In this document: positions 1-9,299 of the stretch, in pieces
How positions within the stretch are numbered: the first letter of the stretch is position 1
Layout: the number at the start of each line of letters is the position of its first letter
Assembly (NCBI GenBank): GCA_963750165.1
Contig: CAVVPN010000003.1
Coordinates: 3,168,001-3,232,000 of the forward strand
Source of the DNA: an uncultured Gemmataceae bacterium
GTDB lineage: Bacteria > Planctomycetota > Planctomycetia > Gemmatales > Gemmataceae
Direction: 5' to 3'
Length of the DNA: 64,000 nucleotides
The notes under the pieces: generated by a model
Database searches by the model: none
Told to the model about the DNA's origin: nothing
Seen by the model: the letters and a program-made list of their open reading frames with translations, nothing else
Program-made: the position numbers and the translations under genes

Positions 1-312
1 TCGATTCCACGACAAGCACACGCACGCGTCACCACCTTTTTGAAAGGGAGAGTTTCCTGGGTTCGGAGCCGCGTTCGATCCGTTGTCGATGCTTTGACGA
101 TCTAGCCCCGTCTGGCTCACGCGCCAGCGTCGGATTGTGGCCACAAATCGGGGCTACCTTTCTAAAGACGCCGTTGGGCAGCAAACTTGCAACAAAGTTT
201 TCGTGAAGATGGGAAAACGCTGGCGCGGCAGGCGCCTCATGAAAATTAATGAATACTTTCACATGTGCAGTGGTCGCGTCCCAAAGTTCCGGGGGCGCCG
301 GTCGCGCAAACC

Positions 313-341
313 TTGACAGCGGCGCGCGGAGGTGTTTTCAT
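313..341 (+). promoter_or_regulatory. Putative sigma70-type promoter for the kinase/sigma pair
   Basis: TTGACA at 313-318, 17-bp spacer, then TG-T-TTTCAT (extended -10-like) at 333-341, ~50 bp upstream of ATG 393. Confidence 0.4.
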
Positions 342-392
342 CACATACTACCTTTGGAAGCAGATAGGAAGACCGACCATACGCGGGGCATC

Positions 393-2618
393 ATGGACCA
401 TCGCCGGGCTCTACCGCCCAGTGCCGAAGAACTGCACGCCTTCAGCCTGGGCAAGTGTGACCCTCAGCGGATCGGGGAGTTCGAGGACTTCCTGACGCAC
501 GGCCCCGATTGCCGCGCGATCCTGGAGGGCGTGCCCGACGACGCGCTGCTGCGGCACCTGCGCGGCGCGGGGGAACTATCTTGGGAGGCCGTCCCCTATA
601 CCCCCGTGCGCACGGCCCCGATGCGGGACGACCCGGACGCGGACGTCGCCAGTCTGCTCAACCACCCCCGTTACCGCATCCTCCACAAACTGGGCCAGGG
701 CGGCATGGGCACCGTCTACCTGGCCGAACACCGCCTCATGCGGCGGCTGGTCGCCATCAAGCTGATTCGCGCCGGTTACCTGGGCAACCCGCAGCTGGTG
801 CAGCGTTTCCGCCAGGAGGTAGAGGCGGCGGCCCGGCTGGCGCACCCGCACATCGTCACCGCCCACGACGCCGAGGAAGCCAACGGCACCCACTTCCTGG
901 TCATGGAGTACGTCGAGGGCGAGCCGCTGGACCGGGTGCTCGCCCGTCGGGGGCCGCTGCCGGTCGCGGAAGCGTGCGCCTGCGTCCACCAGGCGGCCCT
1001 CGGCCTGGAATTCGCCCACCAGAAGGGCATGGTCCACCGCGACCTCAAGCCGCACAACCTGATGCGCACCGCGGACGGCACGGTCAAAATCCTCGACTTC
1101 GGCCTGGCCCGGCTCCTCGACGTAGCCGGGACCGAGGCACCGGACACAACCGCCGGCACCGGGCCTGCGACGGGCCAGCTCACCGCCGCCGGCGCCGTCA
1201 TGGGCACCGTCGATTACATGGCCCCCGAGCAGGCCCGCGACAGCCACGCCGCGGACAGCCGCGCCGACATCTATAGCCTCGGCTGCACCCTGTACCACCT
1301 GCTGACCGGGCAGGTGCCGTTTCCCGGCGGCACCCTCGGCGAGAAACTCCACCGCCGCGCCACCGCGCGGCCCGAACCGATCGCCTCCCGGCGCGCCGAC
1401 GTGCCGGCGGGGCTGGCGCAGGTCCTCGACCGCCTGACGGCCCCGCGGCCCGAGGACCGCTATCAAACGCCGGGCGCGGCCGCCGCGGCGCTGGCGCCGT
1501 TCGCCACGCCGCACCGCCCGCGGCGGCGCGGCCGGTGGCTCACCGCGGCGCTGGCGGCCGCCCTTCTGGTCGGCGGCATCGTCGCGGTCGCCGTCTCGCG
1601 CCCCCCGGCCGACACGGACGACGCCGGGGAACCGCCTGCGGTGCAGGCCGACGCCGGGCCGGCAAAGATCGAGGTCATCCGGCGCATCCCCGTGGCCGCG
1701 CACCGCACTTTTTTCTACGACACCGCCGTCAGCAAGGGGGGCAAGTACGCCTTGATCACCCGGGACGTCAACCCCGGCGTGATGATGGACGTTTTCAACC
1801 CGGCGACGGGCGAAAAACACTTTAGCCAGCCCGGCTACCGTGCCCGCTTCCTCGGGGACGGCGAAGAAGTCCTGGCGTTAATCGGAGATGGCTACAAGGT
1901 CTACGAATCCGCCACCGGCACGTTACTGCGCGAGACCGCGCAGCCCATCAAGAGTTGGGACTTCAAGGTCGCGCCGGGCAGCCGGCACTTGATCTCCTGG
2001 TTCAAGGACGGCTGGGACCTGTTCGACCTGACCCAGATGCGGCGGTTGCACCACTGGGACTGCCAGGCGCCGCCCTCGACAAGTACCAGCGCGCACTTCA
2101 CCGCCGACGGCAAACGTCTGCTCCTGCAACCGGACCAGGCCGGCAACTGGGTGGTCTGGGACGTGGAACACAACCGGGCCGGTGACGCCCTGGCCGGTCT
2201 GGCGGGCGTGGAACAAATTGTGTGGATGTGTCCGGACGGCTACACGGCGGTCGTGACGCGGGACGGCAAGCGCCTGTCGCTCGACCTGCGCACCGGGACG
2301 GTGGTCGAAACTTACCGCGCGAAGGCTCCGCCGAACACGCTGCGGGGCGTGGCGGAGGGCTCGCACTTCCTGAGCGGCTGGCGGTTCGCCACGCGGGTCG
2401 AGGGCGGGCAGATTCAATTGCTCGCGTATCACCTCCTGAGCAACGCCGAGGTGCGCGGCCTCTTCGCCTTTCCCGACAGCGAGCCGCCCCACACTTCCCT
2501 CCCCCCGGCCCGCTTCCGGTACGCCTTTTCCGATGACGACGCCCACGCCAGCTTGCTGACGGCGCACTCCCTCTACGTCCTGCGCCTGCCCGCCCGCCCG
2601 CCGAAAGGACCGAACTGA
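393..2618 (+). CDS. Hanks-type Ser/Thr protein kinase with N-terminal anti-sigma zinc-finger-like segment, one TM helix and a C-terminal beta-propeller-like sensor domain
   Basis: Motifs LGQGGMGTVY, VAIK, HRDLKPHN, KILDFG, GTVDYMAPE, DIYSLG. TM segment WLTAALAAALLVGGIVAVAV. ORF is open from 249, but ATG 393 fits the promoter and the PSAEELHAFSLG N-terminus. Confidence 0.93.
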   Translation: MDHRRALPPSAEELHAFSLGKCDPQRIGEFEDFLTHGPDCRAILEGVPDDALLRHLRGAGELSWEAVPYTPVRTAPMRDDPDADVASLLNHPRYRILHKLGQGGMGTVYLAEHRLMRRLVAIKLIRAGYLGNPQLVQRFRQEVEAAARLAHPHIVTAHDAEEANGTHFLVMEYVEGEPLDRVLARRGPLPVAEACACVHQAALGLEFAHQKGMVHRDLKPHNLMRTADGTVKILDFGLARLLDVAGTEAPDTTAGTGPATGQLTAAGAVMGTVDYMAPEQARDSHAADSRADIYSLGCTLYHLLTGQVPFPGGTLGEKLHRRATARPEPIASRRADVPAGLAQVLDRLTAPRPEDRYQTPGAAAAALAPFATPHRPRRRGRWLTAALAAALLVGGIVAVAVSRPPADTDDAGEPPAVQADAGPAKIEVIRRIPVAAHRTFFYDTAVSKGGKYALITRDVNPGVMMDVFNPATGEKHFSQPGYRARFLGDGEEVLALIGDGYKVYESATGTLLRETAQPIKSWDFKVAPGSRHLISWFKDGWDLFDLTQMRRLHHWDCQAPPSTSTSAHFTADGKRLLLQPDQAGNWVVWDVEHNRAGDALAGLAGVEQIVWMCPDGYTAVVTRDGKRLSLDLRTGTVVETYRAKAPPNTLRGVAEGSHFLSGWRFATRVEGGQIQLLAYHLLSNAEVRGLFAFPDSEPPHTSLPPARFRYAFSDDDAHASLLTAHSLYVLRLPARPPKGPN

Positions 2619-2623
2619 CGCCC

Positions 2624-3211
2624 ATGCAAGCCACGTCGCAAAGTCTGCTGGAGCGCCTGCACGACCGCGCCGACCACCAGGCGTGGCAGCGGCTGCTGGC
2701 CGTCTACGAGCCGTGGCTGCGCGGCTGGCTGAGCCGGCACGACCTGCAACCGGCTGACGTGGAGGACGTGCTGCAAGACATCCTGCTGGTGGTCAGCGAC
2801 AAGTTGCCGGGGTTCGTCCACAACGGCCAACCCGGGGCGTTCCGGTCCTGGCTGCGGACGATCCTGACGCTGCGGGTGGGCCACTTCCTGCGCGGGCAGC
2901 GCCACCGCGAAGCCGTGGTGTCTACACAGCTGCCGAGCGACTGGCTGGACCAGCTGGCCGACCCGGATAGCGCCCTGAGCCGGCAATGGGACCAGGAACA
3001 CGACCAGCAACTCGTCCGCCGCATGTTGGCGAGCATTCAGGCGGAGTTCAACGCGCGGACGTGGCAGGTGTTCCAGCTGCAGGTGCTTGAAGACCGCCCC
3101 GTCGCGGAGGTGGCGCAACGGTTGGGCATCACCGCCAACGCCGTCTACGTCGCCAAGTCGCGCGTCCTGACCCGGCTGCGCGCCGAGCTGCGCGGCCTGT
3201 TCGATGGCTGA
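2624..3211 (+). CDS. ECF RNA polymerase sigma-70 factor, planctomycete kinase-associated type
   Basis: TSQSLLERL N-terminus, region 2 (DVEDVLQD...GAFRSWL), region 4 HTH (VAEVAQRLGITANAVYVAKSRVL); starts 5 bp after the kinase stop. Confidence 0.92.
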   Translation: MQATSQSLLERLHDRADHQAWQRLLAVYEPWLRGWLSRHDLQPADVEDVLQDILLVVSDKLPGFVHNGQPGAFRSWLRTILTLRVGHFLRGQRHREAVVSTQLPSDWLDQLADPDSALSRQWDQEHDQQLVRRMLASIQAEFNARTWQVFQLQVLEDRPVAEVAQRLGITANAVYVAKSRVLTRLRAELRGLFDG

Positions 3212-3442
3212 CCGGCGCAATTCTCCCACCAATCTTTTTCGGCGTTTCAACCTTTTTGTAAGATTCCGTCCCTTGCTGCAATTTCATCTGGGGGGACGGC
3301 AGAAAAATCTGGCCCCGTGTTCTAACTTTCATCGCTGCGGTGGCGTGGACCGCTGTCGCGCTACGTAGTGCCGACCCTGCGCCCCTTACGAACGTGCTGA
3401 GAGCCACCCCAACGGGTGTAACTTCCGCGTGGAGATAGCCGC

Positions 3443-4224
3443 ATGATACCCAGGGTTTCACGAGTCGGGTTGGTGTTTCTGGTGACGCTGGTGGCGTGTG
3501 CGCCGCGCGCGCGGGGTTCATCGTGGACCCACTGGGAATGGGAAGAACCATCTGGGCGGAGAATAGCGGCGATACGGGCAGTTCCCTGGCGACCGCCCAG
3601 GTCACGACCGGCAACTCAACCCTCGACCTGATCGCAGGCACCCTCGCCAACTCGCCCAACATCGACATGTACGCAATCCAGATCACCGATCCGGCTGCGT
3701 TCTCGGCGACGACCTATTCCGTCAATGGCAACGCGGACTACTTGTTGAACGGCGCCACGCACGCTGTGCAGAACACCATGCTGTTCCTGTTTGACAGCAG
3801 CGGCCGCGGCCTGGTGGCCAACAACGACATGAACAGCGGCAGCACCCTGTCGGCGCTCCCGGCGGGGTCCATCGCCGGTTTGACGCCCGGCATTTATTAC
3901 CTCGCGGTCTCCGGATACGCAACGGAGCCTTACTACGGAAACCCGAATGCCGTCCGCGTGTTCGACTTCAACTCCACCAATGCGACGGACGTGCTTGGGC
4001 CGCACAGCCCGAACCGGTCCCTGGCCTTCTGGGAGACGAATCCAGACCCCGGCGACACGGGCGGCTACGCGATCACCCTGACCGGGGCCGCGACCGTGGA
4101 TTACGTGCCGACCAGCAATCCCGCGCCCGAGCCGGCCAGCCTGCTACTGTGCGTCACGGGGGGCCTGGGGCTTGCGGCCACCCGCTGGCGGCGCTGGCGC
4201 CGGCACCGGCGGTTGGCCGACTGA
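3443..4224 (+). CDS. PEP-CTERM sorting-domain exoprotein with DVUA0089/PPC-like domain; apparent frameshift at ~3503-3512
   Basis: C-terminus APEPASLLLCVTGGLGLAATRWRRWRR; core TMLFLFDSSGRGLVANND...GIYYLAVSGY. Signal peptide MIPRVSRVGLVFLVTLVACAP (RBS GGAG at 3431) is in a different frame from the mature ARAGFIV... ORF 3496-4224. Confidence 0.85.
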
Positions 4225-4261
4225 AACGCGGAACGACCAGTAAGCGCGACCAGGGAAATCA

Positions 4262-4305
4262 CCGGGGCCGCGGTTCGATCCATCTGGATCGGGTCGCGGC
4301 CCCGG
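4262..4305. terminator. GC-rich hairpin after the PEP-CTERM gene, possible terminator
   Basis: CCGGGGCCGCG-GTT-CGATCCA / TGGATCG-GGT-CGCGGCCCCGG, fully pairable with G-U pairs; no strong U tract. Confidence 0.45.
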
Positions 4306-4423
4306 CGTTATGATGCAGGCAGGTGGTCCGTACCCTGTTCGTGATTGGTACGAGGCCGTAAAGGTAATCGGCGTGGCCTGCATTCGGTTCAGTAACCAGA
4401 CGAACGACGGAAGGAGCCAGCCT

Positions 4424-5191
4424 GTGTCGGTACTGTCAACCCCCTCTCCGAGTCCGCTCGTTTACCCCGAAAGCGACGGCCTGCCCATGGCGGACAACTC
4501 GCTGCAACTGCAGTGGATCGTCACCCTGTATGACAACCTCGACATCCTGTTCGGCGGGCGCGGCGACGTGTTCGTTGGGGGAGACCTGCTGTGGTACCCC
4601 GTACAGGGCGACCCGGAGATCCGCCTGGCCCCCGACGTGCTCGTGGTCTTCGGCCGGCCACCGGGATACCGCGGCTCCTACAAGCAATGGGAGGAAGGCG
4701 ACGTGCCGCTGACCGTCGTCTTCGAGATCCTCTCGCCGAATAACACAGCCACCGAGATGGACCTGAAGCTATTGTTCTACGAGGACCACGGGGTCGAGGA
4801 ATACTATTTCTACGACCCCATCAAGAATCATTTGCAAGCCTACTGCCGCGAGCGCGACACGCTGCTTCGCATCCGGCCAGCGCACGGCCACGTCAGCCCC
4901 CGCCTGGGCATCCGCTTCGACCTGTCCGGGCCAGAGATGATGGTGTTCCGTCCTGACGGACTTCCCTTCCTGACTGCGAGGCAACTGGACGAACGTCGCC
5001 TCCAGGCCGAGGCCCGCGCCGGCCAGGCCGAGGCCCGCGCCGGCCAGGCCGAGGCCCGCGCCCAACAGGCTGACCAGTTGCTCCGCCAGGTAATGGAACT
5101 CGCGCGGAAGGCCCGCGCGCAGCAGGCCACCCCTGAGGAGTTGGCCGAACTCGAACGGCTAGAGGCCGAGGCCGGACCGGGGACCGTGTAA
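4424..5191 (+). CDS. Uma2 family (DUF820) endonuclease-like protein with coiled-coil tail
   Basis: YPESDGLPMADN, APDVLVVFGR, VVFEILSP, GVEEYYFYDP motifs; GTG 4424 preceded by AAGGAG (4411-4416). Confidence 0.9.
   Translation: MSVLSTPSPSPLVYPESDGLPMADNSLQLQWIVTLYDNLDILFGGRGDVFVGGDLLWYPVQGDPEIRLAPDVLVVFGRPPGYRGSYKQWEEGDVPLTVVFEILSPNNTATEMDLKLLFYEDHGVEEYYFYDPIKNHLQAYCRERDTLLRIRPAHGHVSPRLGIRFDLSGPEMMVFRPDGLPFLTARQLDERRLQAEARAGQAEARAGQAEARAQQADQLLRQVMELARKARAQQATPEELAELERLEAEAGPGTV
5003..5065 (+). repeat. 21-bp tandem repeat x3 encoding heptad QAEARAG
   Basis: CAGGCCGAGGCCCGCGCCGGC twice, plus a third copy ending CAA. Confidence 0.9.
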
Positions 5192-5208
5192 GAACCGGTC
5201 CCCGGTCC
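5174..5208. terminator. 13-bp perfect inverted repeat between convergent genes, possible bidirectional terminator
   Basis: GGACCGGGGACCG (5174-5186) / CGGTCCCCGGTCC (5196-5208); the loop contains the Uma2 stop codon. Confidence 0.55.
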
Positions 5209-5221
5209 CGACGACTCGGCG

Positions 5222-6811
5222 TCACACGTACACGCGATAATCAATATCCGGAAACAGGTTGTGCCGCCGCTCAATCTCGCTGAGCCACGGCTCGTCGATC
5301 TCGCCGCGCTTGAGCTGTTCATACAGGTGGTTGAAATTCAGCACATGGACGCGCGTCCGCTCCACCGCGTACTCGACCATGGTGCCCGTCTTCATGATGA
5401 ACGCCCAGTCGCTGGACTGCGCCAGCAAGATTTCGCGTGCCGCCTGGTTGAGCGCCCGCCGTCGCAGAGGGCAACCAGTGTCGCGGTTGGACTGCGCCAG
5501 CTCGACCATGCGGTCGGCGTTCTCGTGCAGGTGGCGGTAGATCCAGTCGTTGGAGCCCTCCAGCCAGACCTCGCAGTAGCCCTTGTAGCCCCAGCTGGAG
5601 AACGACGGCTGCGACACCTGAACGCGGGTGTGGCGGTCCAGGTATTCCGGCACCGTAATCATCTTGACCGTCTGCTGGTCCCAGTGGACCTTGCGGCACA
5701 GGAAATTCACCCAGTCCGGCCCCTCGAACCACCAGTGGCCAAACAACTCGGCATCATACGGCGCCACAATTACCGGCGGCCGGCCGTCCATCGCACCGCT
5801 CAGCCACTCGACCTGCTTCTCGCGGTTGAACATGAAGTTGCCAGCGTGCTCCGCCGCCTTGTCCAGCGCCGCCTTCGGGTCGTAGGGCTGCTTGTGGTCG
5901 GTGCGGCCGGTGATCTTGTAATATTTGATGCCGAGATGGCTGCGGATGCCGTGCTGGTGCAGGTGCGGCTTCAGATACTCGTAATCCAGATCGAAGCCGA
6001 CATCGCGGTAAAAATCGCGGTAGTTGTAGTCGCCGGGGTAGCCCTCAATGGCGCTCCAGACCTGCTTGCTCGACTCGGTGTCGCGGGCCAGCACCGCCAC
6101 GCCGCTCCTGGGGCAGACGATGGGAGCGTAAACGCCGAAGCGCGGCCGCGGCTCGGCGTGCAGTACACCGTGCGTGTCCGTGAAGAAGTAGCGAATGCCG
6201 CTGTCGCGCAGCACCTCATCAACGCCCGGGGAGTAGCCGCACTCCGGCAGCCAGATGCCCTGCGGCCGTTTGCCGAAGTGCCGCTCGAACTCGCGCGCTC
6301 CCAGCTCGACCTGCGCGTGCATCGCCTTGCGGTTGTCGTTCATCAGCGGCAAGAAGCCGTGCGTGGCGCCGCAGGTGATGAGTTCCAGCTTGCCGGCCTG
6401 AAAGAAGCGCTTGAAGCCGTTGAGCAGGTTGTTGCCGTACTGGTTGACGAACACCTCGCGGGCGCGGCAGAAGCGGGCATAGTACATCTGCGCCAGGTGG
6501 TGAAACTCCGGCTGCCAGCGCGTGCGCTCGAGTTCCTTGCCGGCCAGGGCGATGAGGTTGTCGATGTGACGGACGTAGCGGTATTGCAGCAGCGGATCGC
6601 TGAGCATGGCCGCCAGGGTGGGCGTCACCGACATCGTTACGCGCCAGTCGCAGCCGTCGCGCTCCAGGCCGTCGAAGACCTCCAGCAGAGGGATGTAGGT
6701 CTCGGTGATGGCCTCGTAGAGCCAGTCTTCCTCAAGGAAGTCGTCGTACTCCGGATGGCGGACGTACGGCAGATGGGCGTGCAGGACGAGGGTGAGGTAA
6801 CCAAGCGGCAT
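5222..6811 (-). CDS. GH57 family 1,4-alpha-glucan branching enzyme (DUF1957 domain)
   Basis: LVLHAHLPYVRH, EEDWLYEAITETYIPLL, ATHGFLPL, GIWLPECGY, APYDAELFGHWWFEG, LLAQSSDWAFI; ATG at 6811. Confidence 0.94.
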   Translation of the reverse strand: MPLGYLTLVLHAHLPYVRHPEYDDFLEEDWLYEAITETYIPLLEVFDGLERDGCDWRVTMSVTPTLAAMLSDPLLQYRYVRHIDNLIALAGKELERTRWQPEFHHLAQMYYARFCRAREVFVNQYGNNLLNGFKRFFQAGKLELITCGATHGFLPLMNDNRKAMHAQVELGAREFERHFGKRPQGIWLPECGYSPGVDEVLRDSGIRYFFTDTHGVLHAEPRPRFGVYAPIVCPRSGVAVLARDTESSKQVWSAIEGYPGDYNYRDFYRDVGFDLDYEYLKPHLHQHGIRSHLGIKYYKITGRTDHKQPYDPKAALDKAAEHAGNFMFNREKQVEWLSGAMDGRPPVIVAPYDAELFGHWWFEGPDWVNFLCRKVHWDQQTVKMITVPEYLDRHTRVQVSQPSFSSWGYKGYCEVWLEGSNDWIYRHLHENADRMVELAQSNRDTGCPLRRRALNQAAREILLAQSSDWAFIMKTGTMVEYAVERTRVHVLNFNHLYEQLKRGEIDEPWLSEIERRHNLFPDIDYRVYV

Positions 6812-6912
6812 CGGGTGCGGATCCTTTGGGGTCCAGGTGCGGGACAAAGTTGCTTCTCTGGTTTGATACGGGCACGGCCGGGGGCGAGCAAGGTGCAATC
6901 GGAAAGCGGCCG

Positions 6913-8136
6913 TCAACCGGGGGCCGTGAGCCAGCGGCCGCGCCACAGGACGGCGTTCACGGGTTCGGTCCCTTGCAGCACCGACTCCAGCGGATCACCC
7001 TGGCGTTTCCACAGCGGCACCGCCACCAGGTCCGCGGACTTGCCCGGCGTCAGGCTGCCGGTTTCCGCTTCCCAGCCGAGCGCCTCGGCGCCGGAGAGCG
7101 TTGCCATGCGCAGCAGCTGCGCCGGCGGCATCTGCGGATAATGGCGGTGGGCGCAGTGCGCTTCTTCGAGCACATTCAGGTCGGGGTTGGAGGCGAGGCT
7201 GTCGGTGCCCAGGGCGACGCGGACGCCGCACTGCAGCCAGTGCGGGAACGGGTGCGGATCGTGACCGAACGCGGCGTGGGTGCGCGGGCAAAAGACGACG
7301 GTGGTGCCTGGCGAGAACTCCATGCCTTCTGGCAGATAGTTGCAATGCACCAGCAGCCAGCGCCCCGAAAGAAAACTGAGCTGGCCAAACCCAAACTTCT
7401 CCAGTGGCCCGCGTAACACCCCCTCCTCATCCCACACACCCAGTTCCTGCAAAAACGGCACAAACGGCCCGCGGCGATCCTGCACCAGTTCCCGCTCGGC
7501 GCGCGTCTCCGCCAGGTGGGTCGCGGCGATGAAACTGTACCGTGCGGCACGAATGGCAATGTCGGGAAACAGGTGCCAGTGGACGCTGTAGGGGGCGTGT
7601 GGACTCAGTCCGGGACGGCACGTCTCTGTGGACGGGTGCTCGTGGAACCAGCCCATTGCTGTCTCCATCGCTTGTTTTGCACGCGCCAGCGGCAGTCCCA
7701 AAAGTTCCTGAAACACCACCGCCCGCAGCGGCGCTTCCGCCAGCACCGGCCAGCTCATCCCCGCCGCCGTGATGTCGCCCACCAGCGTCGTGCCGTAGCG
7801 CACGCACTCCGCCACGCCGGCGCGCACGTCCTCTAGCACCTGCGCCTCGGAGCGGGTGCGGCGGAAGGCGATGACGCCGCGCAGCCAGTGCGTGAAGTCG
7901 GGCGTCGGCGGACACTGACCGCGCAGTCCGGTGAGGTCGAGGTGCGTGTGTGCGTTGACCAGACCCGGCAGCACCGCCACGTCGCCGAGGTCCACGTCTG
8001 CGGTGCGGCTGCCGTGTGGCCCGACCGCGGCGATACGCTCCCCGTCGATGGTAACGGTGCCGTGCGCCAGCGGTGGGCCGTCGATCGGCAGGATCCAGCG
8101 GGCGGTCAGCGTCCAGGGGCAAGGGTGCGCGGCCAT
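6913..8136 (-). CDS. Amidohydrolase family metal-dependent deaminase (SsnA/aminodeoxyfutalosine deaminase-like)
   Basis: PGLVNAHTHLD, SPHAPYSV, THLAET, LVHCN, ALGTDSLASN, GKSADLVAV motifs. Confidence 0.88.
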   Translation of the reverse strand: MAAHPCPWTLTARWILPIDGPPLAHGTVTIDGERIAAVGPHGSRTADVDLGDVAVLPGLVNAHTHLDLTGLRGQCPPTPDFTHWLRGVIAFRRTRSEAQVLEDVRAGVAECVRYGTTLVGDITAAGMSWPVLAEAPLRAVVFQELLGLPLARAKQAMETAMGWFHEHPSTETCRPGLSPHAPYSVHWHLFPDIAIRAARYSFIAATHLAETRAERELVQDRRGPFVPFLQELGVWDEEGVLRGPLEKFGFGQLSFLSGRWLLVHCNYLPEGMEFSPGTTVVFCPRTHAAFGHDPHPFPHWLQCGVRVALGTDSLASNPDLNVLEEAHCAHRHYPQMPPAQLLRMATLSGAEALGWEAETGSLTPGKSADLVAVPLWKRQGDPLESVLQGTEPVNAVLWRGRWLTAPG

Positions 8137-8190
8137 GCGGTGATTTCACCACAACCGCACACGGGACACAAGCTGGCGCCTGGGGTCCCC

Positions 8191-8219
8191 TTGACAGCCG
8201 GCCGCGCGCCGCGCATCGT
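8191..8219 (+). promoter_or_regulatory. Putative sigma70 promoter for rfbB-ugd
   Basis: TTGACA (8191-8196), 17-bp spacer, CATCGT (8214-8219), 40 bp upstream of ATG 8259. Confidence 0.4.
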
Positions 8220-8258
8220 AGGGGCGTACCTTGCCCGGTCCTCTGCGAAGGGAATCCC

Positions 8259-9269
8259 ATGACCACGGTCCTCGTCACCGGCGGCTGCGGTTTCATCGGC
8301 AGCAACTTCATCCGCCATCTGCTGCACACCGACCCCGGCGTGCACGTCCTGAACTTCGATAAGCTGACCTACGCCGGCAATCCCGCCAACCTCAGCGAAC
8401 TGGCAGCCCATCCGCGCTACCAGTTCGTCCACGGCGACATCACCGACCGCCAGCAGGTGCGCGACGCCCTGGCCCGCGGCGTCAAGCACCTGCTGCACTT
8501 CGCCGCGGAGAGTCATGTCGATCGCAGCATCCAGGACTCCGGGCCGTTCGTGACCACCAATGTGCTCGGCACCCAGGTACTGCTCGACGCCGCCCGCGAG
8601 TTCCAGGTTGAACGCTTTGTTCAGGTCAGTACCGATGAGGTGTACGGCAGCCTGGGAGCGACAGGGCTGTTCACGGAGGAGACGCCGCTGGCGGCGAACA
8701 GTCCCTACGCCGCCAGCAAGGCGGCGGCGGACCTGCTGGTGCGCAGTTACGTCCACACCTTCCACCTGCCGGCGCTGATCACGCGCTGCAGCAACAACTA
8801 TGGCCCCTACCAGTTCCCGGAGAAGTTAATCCCGCTGTTCATCACGAACCTGCAGCGCGACGAGCCGGTGCCGGTCTACGGCGACGGCCTCAACGTTCGC
8901 GACTGGATTCACGTGCGCGACCACTGCGCCGCGGTCGATCTCGTTTGGCGGCGCGGCCGGGTCGGCGAGGTCTACAACATCGGCGGCCGCTGCGAGAAGA
9001 CGAACCTGGAATTGACCTATGCTTTGCTGGACGCGATGGGCAAGCCGCGGTCCATGATCTGCTACGTCAAGGACCGCCCCGGCCACGACCGCCGCTACGC
9101 CATCGATTGTGCCAAAATGGAGCGGGAACTGGGCTGGCGGCCGGCGGTCGCCTTCGAGGAGGGCCTGCGGCAAACGGTGGCCTGGTATCTGGAACACGCG
9201 GATTGGGTCGCCAACATCCGCACCGGTGACTATTTGAAATACTATGAGCGGCAGTATCACGGGCGCTGA
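8259..9269 (+). CDS. rfbB: dTDP-glucose 4,6-dehydratase
   Basis: VLVTGGCGFIGSNF, DKLTYAGN, HFAAESHVDRSI, VSTDEVYG, SPYAASKA, NNYGPYQFPEKLIP, DRPGHDRRYAID. Confidence 0.96.
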   Translation: MTTVLVTGGCGFIGSNFIRHLLHTDPGVHVLNFDKLTYAGNPANLSELAAHPRYQFVHGDITDRQQVRDALARGVKHLLHFAAESHVDRSIQDSGPFVTTNVLGTQVLLDAAREFQVERFVQVSTDEVYGSLGATGLFTEETPLAANSPYAASKAAADLLVRSYVHTFHLPALITRCSNNYGPYQFPEKLIPLFITNLQRDEPVPVYGDGLNVRDWIHVRDHCAAVDLVWRRGRVGEVYNIGGRCEKTNLELTYALLDAMGKPRSMICYVKDRPGHDRRYAIDCAKMERELGWRPAVAFEEGLRQTVAWYLEHADWVANIRTGDYLKYYERQYHGR

Positions 9270-9299
9270 CGGCCCGAGCTTCTGAACGGAGAACACCCT

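Noticed and set aside
29..262. 77-aa minus-strand ORF
   Set aside because: Atypical codon usage and no recognisable motif; probably intergenic
5261..7141. 626-aa plus-strand ORF
   Set aside because: Antisense to the well-supported GH57 and amidohydrolase genes; no motifs
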